Source: Candidatus Eiseniibacteriota bacterium
Lineage (GTDB): Bacteria; Eisenbacteria; RBG-16-71-46
Length of the DNA stretch: 64,000 bases
Direction: 5' to 3'
NCBI GenBank assembly: GCA_038231135.1
Contig: JBBRLX010000011.1
Span: 1 to 64,000, forward strand
Position 1 is the first letter of the stretch; each line of letters starts with the position of its first letter. Of the stretch, positions 9,741 to 19,031 are shown piece by piece. The notes below the pieces were generated by a model that saw nothing but the letters and a program-made list of their open reading frames with translations, was not told the origin of the DNA and ran no database searches. The translations under genes were made by a program, and so were the position numbers.

Positions 9741-11344
9741 GGCGTCACCTCCTCGGATGGACCCGGGGCCGCAAACGCGGTATCGGGGGTGGGTGTGGAC
9801 AGCGTGAGCCGCTGAATCGCCTCGAGGATGTCGATCGACCAGTCGTAGATGTTGCGGCGCAGCACGATCTCGCGCAACGCGGTCATGCGGTCGATTCGCG
9901 ACTCGTCGGGCTCGGTCAGCGCCGCATGGAACGCGCTCGCCATGGCCTCACGGTCGTAGGGCGACGCGATGAACGCGCGCTCCAGTTCGAGCGCCGCGCC
10001 GGTGAATGGTGACAGGATGAGCGCGCCCTTGTTGTCGGACGACGCGGCCAGGTATTCCTTGGCGACCAGGTTCATGCCGTCGTGGAGCGACGTGACCGCG
10101 CACACGTCCGCCATGCGGTAATACGGGATCAGCTGGCGGAAGTCGAGCGTGTCCTCGATGATGTGCACAGTGGCATGGCCCTGGGCCGGGAACCGCTTGT
10201 TGATGCGGTCGGCGAGTTCCCGGGTGCGGGACTGGATCGTGCGGTACTCCTCGAGCTCGATCCGCGACGGCACGCCGATCTCGATGAACGCGAACCGGCC
10301 GACCCACTCGGGGTGCAGCTCGAAGAACCGCTCGAGCCCTTCGAGGCGCTCGGGGATCCCCTTCGTGTAGTCGAGCCGGTCGACGCCGAGGCCGACGCAC
10401 ACGCCCTCGAGGCCCAGCTCGGACCGGATCTGCTGCTCCATGGCCGCGGTGTCGGCGCGCTCGGCGATCGCGGCGATCTCGTCGGCGGGCACGCTGATTG
10501 GCGACGCCCGGACCCAGCTGCGATGCCCGCCGCGATCCACCGACAGCTGCTCCAGGTCCACGCGCGCCTCGAGCGTGGTGGCGACCGAGTGTAGGAAGTT
10601 GAGCGCGTGGCCGCGGATGTGGAATCCGATGAAGTCGTTGGCGAGCAAGCCCTCCAGCAACTCGCCCCGCCACGGGCAGATGCGGAACACCTCGGGGTTG
10701 GGCCACGGGATGTGCCAGAAGATGCCGACGTGGAGTCCGGGCCGGCGCTCCTTGAGCATCTTCGCCGCCAGCGCGAGATGGTAGTCCTGGAGGAATACCA
10801 TCGCCGGCGCGTCGCCGATCTCTTCGAGCACGGCGTCGGCGAACCGGCGGTTCACGTCGCGGTAGCGCTCCCACTCCTCGAGCCGGAACCGTGGCCGCAC
10901 GTACGCGATGTGGCACAGCGGCCACAGGGCGCCGTTCGACGCGCCCGAGTAATAGAGCGCGTGATCCTCCTCCGACAGCCAGATCCGGCGCAGCCGGTAG
11001 GTGGGCCGGTCGGGAGGGCACCCGACGCGGCCCTGCGCGTCCGAGGCTTCACGATCGGCGTCGCCGCTGCCGTGGGCAATCCAGGTGCCGCCCAGCGCCT
11101 GGGCCACGGCGTCCATCGCCACGGTGAGGCCGCCGGCGTTCCGCACCGCACGGATCGAGTCGCCGGAATGTACGTGCGACCACGGCTCCCGATTCGATAC
11201 GATCACCAGTTGCCGGTTGCTGAGATGGGCCTTGGCCCAGGCGACGAGATCCTCGCGCGTGGTGCGCTGCGGGCCACGGGCGCGGGCATGGGTACGGTCC
11301 GCCGCGCGTGACAGCGCTTCGCGCACCCGCTCGGACAGCGCCAT
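9737..11344 (-). CDS. otsA: Trehalose-6-phosphate synthase (GT20)
   Basis: VSNREP, LWPLCH, QDYHL, FWHIPWP, GVDRLDYTKG, HDGMNLVAKEY; ATG at 11344 with GGGAGG RBS. Confidence 0.9.
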   Translation of the reverse strand: MALSERVREALSRAADRTHARARGPQRTTREDLVAWAKAHLSNRQLVIVSNREPWSHVHSGDSIRAVRNAGGLTVAMDAVAQALGGTWIAHGSGDADREASDAQGRVGCPPDRPTYRLRRIWLSEEDHALYYSGASNGALWPLCHIAYVRPRFRLEEWERYRDVNRRFADAVLEEIGDAPAMVFLQDYHLALAAKMLKERRPGLHVGIFWHIPWPNPEVFRICPWRGELLEGLLANDFIGFHIRGHALNFLHSVATTLEARVDLEQLSVDRGGHRSWVRASPISVPADEIAAIAERADTAAMEQQIRSELGLEGVCVGLGVDRLDYTKGIPERLEGLERFFELHPEWVGRFAFIEIGVPSRIELEEYRTIQSRTRELADRINKRFPAQGHATVHIIEDTLDFRQLIPYYRMADVCAVTSLHDGMNLVAKEYLAASSDNKGALILSPFTGAALELERAFIASPYDREAMASAFHAALTEPDESRIDRMTALREIVLRRNIYDWSIDILEAIQRLTLSTPTPDTAFAAPGPSEEVTP

Positions 11345-11616
11345 GGCGACCCTCCCGGTCCGGACCAGCGAGCCGGTCCGCCGCCGCGACGGTCCCGGGC
11401 ACGTAATTTTGTTCCATTTGAACCCATCGAGTGTAAGAAAGTTCACGATGAGTCTGAGCATCAACGAGGGGGCTGGGGTCCCGTTGTTGCAAATACGTCA
11501 GTTGCGAAATTTTACCTGACATCGAACTGCAAACTCGCCCTGTGGGTTCAACCCTTGCTTAGCACGACACGAGCCACCGAGCATACACTGCCCTACCGGC
11601 GAGGAGACAAAAGGTC

Positions 11617-12675
11617 ATGCTGAAGCCCCTTTGGCTGCACCTGGACACGATCGCCGCACGACTGCGCGCCACGCGGCGCCTGTACGTCGGGTGTGACTTC
11701 GACGGCACGCTCACCGACATAGTGCCCCACCCGGATCTGGCGGTGCTGCCTGAACGCACCCGCCTGGCGCTGCAAGCCGTTGTGAAATTGCCGGGTGCGG
11801 AGCTGGGCGTGTTTTCCGGCCGCCCGCTCGACGACCTGAGGGGGCGGCTTCCCGAGGGCAAGGCGTTCGTGTCCGGGATCGCCGGCCTCGAGACAATCGA
11901 CCGCGACGGCACGCGCCGGACGCACGTGAATCCCGAGGATTCGATCGCGGACGACGTACGCGAAGTGATGCGCCAGTGGTGCGCGCGGTTCGAGGGCGCG
12001 TGGTTCGAGGACAAGGGACCGGCGTTCGCGGTGCATTACCGGGCCGTGCCGGAGCGCTTCCAGCCGGCGTTCTGCTCGGGCGTGCGGCGGCGGTTTGCCG
12101 GCGACCCGCCGCGCGCGCGGCTGCTGCACGGCAAGAAGGTGTTCGACGTGCTGCCGGTGGTCGATCGCGACAAGGCGTCCGCGCTCGCGGACTGGTACGA
12201 CCAGCCGGATGGCCTGCTGCTCTACTTCGGCGACGACGCGAACGACGAGCCGGTGTATCCCAAGGTGCGCGAACGCGGCGGGATTTCCGTGGCGATCGGC
12301 CGCTGGGCATCCCACGCCGAATACGGACTGACGGCGCCCGAGCACCTGACGTGGTTCCTCGAATGGCTGATCCGCGAATGGACGGAGGTCCGGAAGCAGG
12401 ATACCGCGCCGCGCCCGTCCCGTGATCACGAGCGGATGGAATTGGGTGGCCACACGCTGCGCCAGCACGAAGCGGGAATCCCCGCCGCTGCGCAGGAGGG
12501 TGGCTCGAGATCGTTCCATGGTGGCGTTGGCGCTCCAGGCGGCACGCCATGGACCGGAGAGGGGCCAGCCGCGTCGCCGGGCGGCACCTCGTATCAGGGC
12601 AACAATGAGCGGGAGTTCAGCAATGGCGATGAGCCGGAGCCGGCATCTCAGACAACGGCCCGAGGATCTCGCTAG
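11617..12675 (+). CDS. otsB: Trehalose-6-phosphate phosphatase (HAD) with low-complexity C-terminal extension
   Basis: DFDGTL, SGRP, EDKG..VHYR, GKKVFDVLP, DKASA, GDDANDE; divergent from otsA. Confidence 0.85.
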   Translation: MLKPLWLHLDTIAARLRATRRLYVGCDFDGTLTDIVPHPDLAVLPERTRLALQAVVKLPGAELGVFSGRPLDDLRGRLPEGKAFVSGIAGLETIDRDGTRRTHVNPEDSIADDVREVMRQWCARFEGAWFEDKGPAFAVHYRAVPERFQPAFCSGVRRRFAGDPPRARLLHGKKVFDVLPVVDRDKASALADWYDQPDGLLLYFGDDANDEPVYPKVRERGGISVAIGRWASHAEYGLTAPEHLTWFLEWLIREWTEVRKQDTAPRPSRDHERMELGGHTLRQHEAGIPAAAQEGGSRSFHGGVGAPGGTPWTGEGPAASPGGTSYQGNNEREFSNGDEPEPASQTTARGSR

Positions 12676-12720
12676 CCTGCGGAGCGGCTCCAGGCCGCGG
12701 ACGTGCGAGCTGTCGTGCGA

Positions 12721-12756
12721 ATCGGAGTGCTGGAGTACCCGGCGCTCCGATTTTTT
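12721..12756 (+). terminator. Intrinsic terminator after otsB
   Basis: ATCGGAGTGCTGG-agtac-CCGGCGCTCCGAT, a 13-bp stem with GU pairs, followed by a T run. Confidence 0.75.
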
Positions 12757-12932
12757 GTTGGGGCTTGAATCCCGGTAGGCTCCGGGGGGAAACACAACAG
12801 GCCGGCGGAGGACCGGCCTGCGGTGACCCATGATTTGGAACTCGACGGAGGTTGCTGCCGAACGCACCCCAAGTACGTTCGTTTTGATGACCCGGCTGGA
12901 CGCGCCCCCAAAAGTGCGTCCGATACAACCGT

Positions 12933-13082
12933 TCAGCGCATGAACCGCTTCGAGACGGCCAATCCCAGCATGATGAGTCCCAGCGTTGCCACCACCAGCG
13001 TCCCGATCCGCACATGATCGAAGGCCGACAACGCGCCGGCGATCAGGAAGACGACGACTGTCATGACGGGGAACGAGTGCAT
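12933..13082 (-). CDS. Small 2-TM membrane protein (49 aa)
   Basis: MHSFPVMTVVVFLIAGALSAFDHVRIGTLVVATLGLIMLGLAVSKRFMR; purine-rich RBS; basic tail. Confidence 0.55.
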   Translation of the reverse strand: MHSFPVMTVVVFLIAGALSAFDHVRIGTLVVATLGLIMLGLAVSKRFMR

Positions 13083-13285
13083 GGCCCTTCTTCCAGAACT
13101 GAAACGTAACGAGTGTGGCCCCACCGTATTCCCATCGCAATCGGCGTGCCCCGCGGTCCGGATCCAGCGCCCCTTGCCGCGTATGGGGTTGCGCCGATTC
13201 CCCGCGGTAGACCCCAGGTGTTCGTGGGGCGAATGCACCCAAGCGCGGGAAATCCGGCGAGCCGTGACCCATTCGGAGATCTGCC

Positions 13286-13489
13286 GTGCATGAAACACCC
13301 GCCAGGGCCGGGGCTCGCCTGGTCGGGCTGTGTGCCCGATGCCGGCATGCCCGCCGCGTGGAAACCCCGCGCAGCGTGTTCTGGCGCTGCGACCTGGCCG
13401 AGCGTGACCCGCGGTTCGAGCGCTATCCCCGGCTGCCGGTGCTCGTGTGCATCGGCTACGAACCGCTGCCACCCGAATCCACCGCCTGA
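13286..13489 (+). CDS. Small Cys-rich protein (probable metal-binding)
   Basis: GLCARCRHARR...FWRC...DPRFERYPRLPVLVC with four Cys; resembles a recurrent small hypothetical family. Confidence 0.65.
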   Translation: MHETPARAGARLVGLCARCRHARRVETPRSVFWRCDLAERDPRFERYPRLPVLVCIGYEPLPPESTA

Positions 13490-13613
13490 GTCCTAAGCGT
13501 CGAGGCCGGTCGGGCGTGAACGCTGGCCACGGTGGATCGCGAGATTGGACCAGGGTCCCTCGCGGCGCCGGCCGCACCCCGTCCTGCGGGTGCGGCCGAA
13601 CGCCGGGCTCCTC

Positions 13614-13757
13614 TCAGAGATCGAAGGCGAAGATGACGAGGCACATCAGGATGACTCCGGGCAGGAGCGCGGGCTGGGTGGTGCCCAGCGCCAGGCCCAC
13701 GCCACAGGCGACGGCGCCGCGCGTGCTGACGTCGATGAACGTGTTGGATGCTGGCAT
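13614..13757 (-). CDS. Small hydrophobic 2-Cys peptide (47 aa)
   Basis: MPASNTF...ACGVGLALGTTQPALLPGVILMCLVIFAFDL; GGGAG RBS; similar to the C-terminus of the upstream ORF. Confidence 0.5.
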   Translation of the reverse strand: MPASNTFIDVSTRGAVACGVGLALGTTQPALLPGVILMCLVIFAFDL

Positions 13758-13804
13758 CGTGAGGACTCCCGGGGGCTGTGTCACGGGGGCGTAAGCCCGA
13801 CCGC

Positions 13805-14113
13805 TCAGCGGGTGGGCGCGTTGAAGAACTCGTCGACCTCCATGTAGATCCCCATCATGCACAGGGCGAATCCCACGGCGCCCAGCGTCCAGGGATTCTC
13901 GGCCGCGAGCTGGGCCCCGACGTGGCAGGAGGCCGCGGCGATCCCGAGCGGCTCGGGTGCCGGCCGGGTGGCGTCGGCCTGGGAATCGTTCTGGACGGTG
14001 TCCACCGCCGGCACACCGGCGTCCATTCGCGATTCGGTGGCGGACACGGAGGCCGGATGGACGGCCCACAGCAACAGTAGGGCGGCGAGCGTAAGGCGAT
14101 GGCGTGACGGCAC
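13805..14113 (-). CDS. Small secreted protein with hydrophobic 2-Cys C-terminal hairpin
   Basis: GTG with GAGG RBS; signal RHRLTLAALLLLWAVHPASVSA; C-terminal SCHVG...NPW...ALCMM. Confidence 0.6.
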   Translation of the reverse strand: MPSRHRLTLAALLLLWAVHPASVSATESRMDAGVPAVDTVQNDSQADATRPAPEPLGIAAASCHVGAQLAAENPWTLGAVGFALCMMGIYMEVDEFFNAPTR

Positions 14114-14227
14114 GTTGAACCTCGCGCGGGGGCGGGATCCGGGGGCGCGCGAATGGCCGCGAAGCAAGAGCAGCGCCGGAAATGGGACGCCGGGTCTGAC
14201 CGCGGCTTCGCGCCGCGGCCGTGCCGC

Positions 14228-15052
14228 TCAGGACTTGTTGCCGCCCGTCATCGCGCGCCACACGATCTTGAGCGGATCGTAGTAGCGGTCCACCACGCGT
14301 TCCTTGAGCGGAATGATCGCGTTGTCGGTGATCGTGATGTTCTCGGGGCATACGTCCGTGCAGCACTTGGTGATGTTGCACAGGCCGATGCCGGCGTTGT
14401 CCTTGAGGAACGGCAGCCGGTCGGCGCCGTCGATCGGATGCATCTCGAGGCCGGCGATGCGCACCAGGAACCGGGGGCCGGCGAACTGGTCCTTGAGCTC
14501 GTGGGTGCGCAGCACATGGCACACGTCCTGGCACAGGAAGCACTCGATGCACTTGCGGAATTCCTGCACCCGGTCGATGTCACTCTGGTACCACTTCCAT
14601 TCCGCGCCCGCCCTGGGGGTGAACGGGGTGATGCGCTTGTTGACCTCGTAGTTCCACTTCACGTCGGTCACCAGGTCGCGGATCACCGGGAACGTCTTCA
14701 TCGGCCGCACCACGATCGGCTCCCCGGCCGGCAGGTGATCCATGCGGGACTTGCACATCAGGGCCGGCTTGCCGTTGACCTCGGCGCTGCACGAGCCGCA
14801 TTTCGCGGCCTTGCAGTTCCAGCGCACGGCGAGGTCGGGAGCCTGGTGGCCCTGGATCCAGTGGATCGCGTCGAGCACCACCATGCCGGTCTCGACCGGC
14901 ACCTGGTAATCGACCAGCTCGCCGCCCGCGGCGTCGCCGCGGAACACCCGCAGCGTGACCTCGCGGGCGCCGCCATGGGCGTCGAGCGGCGTTGCGGCGG
15001 CGGTGGTCGTAGCCGCGCCATTGCCGGCTCGAGCGGTTCGCGTTTCGGTCAT
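14228..15052 (-). CDS. sdhB: Succinate dehydrogenase/fumarate reductase Fe-S subunit
   Basis: NCKAAKCGSC, CIECFLCQDVC, CNITKCCTDVCP; ATG overlaps the sdhA stop. Confidence 0.92.
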   Translation of the reverse strand: MTETRTARAGNGAATTTAAATPLDAHGGAREVTLRVFRGDAAGGELVDYQVPVETGMVVLDAIHWIQGHQAPDLAVRWNCKAAKCGSCSAEVNGKPALMCKSRMDHLPAGEPIVVRPMKTFPVIRDLVTDVKWNYEVNKRITPFTPRAGAEWKWYQSDIDRVQEFRKCIECFLCQDVCHVLRTHELKDQFAGPRFLVRIAGLEMHPIDGADRLPFLKDNAGIGLCNITKCCTDVCPENITITDNAIIPLKERVVDRYYDPLKIVWRAMTGGNKS

Positions 15053-16869
15053 CCGACCTGCTCCTTCGCGGGTTCGAACAGCTGCCGGAGTTCGGCGGGC
15101 ATCTGCGGCAGCGGCGTCGGGATCACGTCCATGCGGTCCCCCGCCTTGCGGGCGCACAGGTTCACGCGGCCCAGCTCCTCGCTCATCGCGGTGAAATCGA
15201 GCCGCGAATGCGCGCCGCGGCTTTCCTTGCGCAGGATCGCGCCGCGCGTCACCGCCTCGGCCACCGTCAGCATGTTCCGCAGGTCGCGCGCGAGGTGCCA
15301 GCCCGGGTTGTAGGCGCGGCCGCCTTCGACACGCACGTTCGAGGTCCGCGCCTGGAGCTCGACCAGCGTGGCGAGCGCCCGGTCGAGATCGGCCTGGACG
15401 CGGAAGATGCCGACGTAGTCGCTCATGCACTTCTGGAGCGCGCGCTGCAGCTCGTACGGGCTCTCGCCGCTGGTGCGGGCGAACGGCGCCAGCACGTCGG
15501 CCATCTCGGCCTCGATCTGGGCGTCCGGGATGCGCGGCCCCGCCGGCAGCGACTTTGCGTACTCCGCGGCGGCGAGTCCGGCGCGGCGGCCGAACACCAC
15601 CAGGTCCGACAGCGAATTGCCGCCCAGCCGGTTCGCGCCGTGCAGCCCGGCCGCCACCTCGCCCGCGCCATAGAGGCCCGGGACCGTCGCCGCCGCGGTG
15701 TCGGCATCCACCCGGATGCCGCCCATCATGTAGTGCATGGTGGGACCGACTTCCATCGGCGTCTTCGTGATGTCGACGTCGGCCAGCTCGAGGAACTGGT
15801 GGAACATCGACGGCAGCTTCTTCTTCACGCGCTCCGCCGGCAGGTAGCTGATGTCGAGGAACGCGCCGCCGTGCGGGGTGCCGCGGCCCTCGCGCACCTC
15901 GGTGTAGATCGCGCGCGAGACGTTGTCGCGGGTCGACAGCTCGGGCGGCCTGCGGTCCTGGCTCTGGCGGCCCTCGACCGCGGCGTCGAGCCAGCGGCGC
16001 GCCTCGGCTTCGTCCGCCGCATACTCGTTGCGCCGCGATTCCGGCAGGTAGCGCCACATGAAGCGCTCGCCATCCTTGTTGCGCAGGATGCCGCCCTCGC
16101 CGCGGACGCCCTCGGTCACCAGCAGTCCCATCACACCGGGCGGCCACACCATGCCGGTGGGATGGAACTGCACGAACTCCATGTCGATCAGGTCGGCGCC
16201 CGCCTCGTAGGCCAGCGACTGGCCATCGCCCGTGTACTCCCAGGAATTCGACGTGACCTTGAAGCCCTTGCCGGCGCCGCCGGTGGCGAGCACCACCGCC
16301 CGCGCCCGGAACAGCACGAACTTGCCGGTGTCGCGCCAGTAGCCGAACGCGCCCGCGATGCGGTCGCCGTCTTTGAACAGCCGGGTGATCGTGCACTCCA
16401 TGTAGACGGCGAGGCCCTGGTGGACGCCGCGGTCCTGCAGCGTGCGGATCATCTCGAGGCCGGTGCGGTCGCCGACGTGCGCGAGCCGCTTGTAGGTGTG
16501 GCCGCCGAACGCGCGCTGCAGGATCCGGCCGTCGGTGGTGCGGTCGAACACCGCGCCCCAGTGCTCGAGTTCGCGCACGCGGTCGGGCGCCTCCTGCGCG
16601 TGGAGCTGCGCCATCCGCCAGTTGTTGAGGAACGACCCGCCCTTCAGGGTGTCCTTGAAGTGAGTCTGCCACCCGTCCTGCGGGTCGACGTGCGCGAGCG
16701 CCGCGGCGATGCCGCCCTCGGCCATCACCGTGTGGGCCTTGCCGAGCAGCGACTTGCACACGAGGCCGACCGACGCGCCCTGCGCCGATGCCTCGATCGC
16801 GGCCCTGAGGCCGGCGCCGCCGGCGCCGATCACGAGCACGTCGTGTTCGTGGATCTCGTAGGGTTCCAT
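15049..16869 (-). CDS. sdhA: Succinate dehydrogenase/fumarate reductase flavoprotein
   Basis: GAGGAG, KAHTVMAEGG, QFHPTG, TEGVRGEGG, HYMMGG, HGANRLGGNSL, ESRGAH. Confidence 0.95.
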   Translation of the reverse strand: MEPYEIHEHDVLVIGAGGAGLRAAIEASAQGASVGLVCKSLLGKAHTVMAEGGIAAALAHVDPQDGWQTHFKDTLKGGSFLNNWRMAQLHAQEAPDRVRELEHWGAVFDRTTDGRILQRAFGGHTYKRLAHVGDRTGLEMIRTLQDRGVHQGLAVYMECTITRLFKDGDRIAGAFGYWRDTGKFVLFRARAVVLATGGAGKGFKVTSNSWEYTGDGQSLAYEAGADLIDMEFVQFHPTGMVWPPGVMGLLVTEGVRGEGGILRNKDGERFMWRYLPESRRNEYAADEAEARRWLDAAVEGRQSQDRRPPELSTRDNVSRAIYTEVREGRGTPHGGAFLDISYLPAERVKKKLPSMFHQFLELADVDITKTPMEVGPTMHYMMGGIRVDADTAAATVPGLYGAGEVAAGLHGANRLGGNSLSDLVVFGRRAGLAAAEYAKSLPAGPRIPDAQIEAEMADVLAPFARTSGESPYELQRALQKCMSDYVGIFRVQADLDRALATLVELQARTSNVRVEGGRAYNPGWHLARDLRNMLTVAEAVTRGAILRKESRGAHSRLDFTAMSEELGRVNLCARKAGDRMDVIPTPLPQMPAELRQLFEPAKEQVG

Positions 16870-16885
16870 GAGGGTGAGTTCGCTC

Positions 16886-17764
16886 CTAGAGCCTGAAGAA
16901 CACCGGATCGTGAAACACACCCATCGAGCACATGCGGACGTAGAAGTCGGCAAAACACACCGCCGCGAGACTCCACCACGCCCAGCCCATGTGGTGCTCG
17001 TTCAGCAGGCTCACGAAATTCCACGTCGCGCGCCGCGGGCCGCCCGCCACCGCGCACGAGAAGCAGTCGATCTGTCCGCCCACCAGGTGGCGCAGCGAAT
17101 GGCAGGAGAACGTGTAGAGCGAGAGGAACCCGGTGCTGGCGAGGATCGCGAGCGTGCCGCCGCCGATGCCGAAGTGCAGCGCGCCGTCCGCGCCGCGGAA
17201 CATCGCGGCGCGCACCACGTCCCACCACAGGATCACGATGAACACCAGCGCGGCGTACAGGAAGTACCGGTGCACGTTCTGCAGGATGAACGGGAACCGC
17301 GTCTCGCCCCGGTAGCCCTTCGGCGCCCGCTCGCCCACGGCGCAGGCGATGGGATCGGCGAAGAACGACCGGTAGTAGGCCTTGCGGTAGTAATAGCAGG
17401 TGGTGCGGAACCCCAGCGGGAACACCAGGATCAGCAGCGCGGGCGACAGCCAGCCCGGCAGCCAGCCCGGCGTGAGATATGGGGAATAGAACGGCGACAG
17501 GTAGTCGCGGCCGCCGTCGATATACCGGTAGTGCGCGGCTCCGAAGATCGCGGCGTAGTTCGCGTAGCCGATCAGGAGCACGAGCCCGAGCGCCTGCAGC
17601 ACGGGTATGAGCCACCAGTTGTCGCTGCGGTCGGTCTGGCCCAATCGCTCGGCGTATCCGCTGCCCCGATGGGATCCGGCGGGAACTCCCGTGCCGCGGG
17701 CGGGCACGGCGACCGTGCCGGCCGTTGCGGCGGCCGCCGTGCTCCTCGGGGCATCCTGCGCCAT
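16886..17764 (-). CDS. Sdh membrane anchor, Rv0249c/Sdh1 (type F) family
   Basis: YLSPFYSP, GFRTTCYYYRKAYYRSF, ACAVGE, ILQNVHRYF, SCHSLRHLVGG; directly upstream of sdhAB. Confidence 0.85.
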   Translation of the reverse strand: MAQDAPRSTAAAATAGTVAVPARGTGVPAGSHRGSGYAERLGQTDRSDNWWLIPVLQALGLVLLIGYANYAAIFGAAHYRYIDGGRDYLSPFYSPYLTPGWLPGWLSPALLILVFPLGFRTTCYYYRKAYYRSFFADPIACAVGERAPKGYRGETRFPFILQNVHRYFLYAALVFIVILWWDVVRAAMFRGADGALHFGIGGGTLAILASTGFLSLYTFSCHSLRHLVGGQIDCFSCAVAGGPRRATWNFVSLLNEHHMGWAWWSLAAVCFADFYVRMCSMGVFHDPVFFRL

Positions 17765-17902
17765 GCAGATCTCCTCGTTTCGCAGCCGTGCACACTGCCC
17801 AAGCCCAGGTTCGGTTTCCGTGACGGACCATAGCATCCGGGCGGTTTCGGGACCAGACGCCGCGCCCTTGCCGGCACGTGGCGCCGCGGCTACGGTGAGC
17901 CC

Positions 17903-18709
17903 ATGAAGTCCTTTCGTGTGGCGTTCGTCCAGGGCCGGCCGCGATTCGGCCGCACCCACGAGAATCTCGAGCGCGGCGTGGCGCTCGCCGGCACCGTGAA
18001 TGCCGACCTCGTCGTGCTGCCGGAGCTGTGGTCGTCGGGTTACGTGTTCTCGTCGCATGCTGAGCTGGCCGGTCTCGCGGAGGACGCCGCCACCGGGGCC
18101 ACGGCCGTCGCGCTGCGCGCCGCCGCGCGGCGGGAGCGCCGGCACTACGTGGCGGGATTCCCCGAGCGGCACCGCGGGAAGTTCTACAACAGTGCCGTGC
18201 TCGTGGGGCCGTCCGGCGTGAAGGCGGTGTACCGGAAGCTGCATCTGTTCGAGCGCGAGCAGGACTGGTTCGCCCCCGGCAACCTGCCGCTCGCGGTGCA
18301 CCGCGTGGGCCCGGCCAGGGTCGGCATGCTGATCTGTTTCGACTGGCGGTTCCCGGAGACGGCGCGCGTGCTCGCGCTGGCGGGCGCGGACGTGATCGCG
18401 CACCCCTCGAACCTGGTGTTCGCGAACGCCCAGCGCGCGATGGAGGTGCGGTCGCTCGAAAACCGCGTGTGCACGGTGACGGCGAACCGCACCGGCACCG
18501 AAACGCGCAAGGGCGGCCGGGTGCCGTTCACCGGCCGCAGCCAGATCGTCGGACCCGGGGGCGATGTGCTGGTGCGGGCGGGGCTGCGCGAAGACTGCGC
18601 GCGGGACGCCGTCATCGACCTCGATGCGTGCCGCGACAAGGCGCTCACGCCGCGCACCCAGCTGTTCCGATCGCGGCGGCCGCGGTTCTATCGATCGCTG
18701 GCCATTTGA
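17903..18709 (+). CDS. Carbon-nitrogen hydrolase (nitrilase superfamily)
   Basis: Glu-Lys-Cys triad motifs LPELW, YRKLHLF, ICFDWRFPE. Confidence 0.9.
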   Translation: MKSFRVAFVQGRPRFGRTHENLERGVALAGTVNADLVVLPELWSSGYVFSSHAELAGLAEDAATGATAVALRAAARRERRHYVAGFPERHRGKFYNSAVLVGPSGVKAVYRKLHLFEREQDWFAPGNLPLAVHRVGPARVGMLICFDWRFPETARVLALAGADVIAHPSNLVFANAQRAMEVRSLENRVCTVTANRTGTETRKGGRVPFTGRSQIVGPGGDVLVRAGLREDCARDAVIDLDACRDKALTPRTQLFRSRRPRFYRSLAI

Positions 18710-19031
18710 CCCGAATCGGGGCATTTCGCACGCGTTAATTCGCGCAGTGTCAGGATTTTCCGTGTACGCACCCGATCGGGCTCGCGTACACTCATTCTGC
18801 AGCAAAGTCCTGCCACCCGGCCGGACGATATTGCAGGTGAGATTGCAAAACCGGCGACACCGCCGGTGGGACGACGAACCCCCCAACCGCCCGTCGTTCC
18901 GCGCGCTCATCTCGGGCCGTATTCATCTCATGCTCAAGTCTTCGTGCTCGTATGCACGGTTTCCGTGTGTCCGCACTCGAATGTGCTCCGCATCCCTGGC
19001 GTCGTCCATGCACCGCTGTGCGAGGAATCCC

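Noticed and set aside
11545..11558. GG-N10-GC sigma54-like spacing before otsB
   Set aside because: The -24 element lacks TGGCAC, so the match is too weak to call.
12390..12675. OtsB C-terminal extension as a separate domain or frameshifted gene
   Set aside because: It is a low-complexity Gly/Ser/Pro/Glu sequence with no motif, followed by a normal terminator, so most likely a disordered tail.
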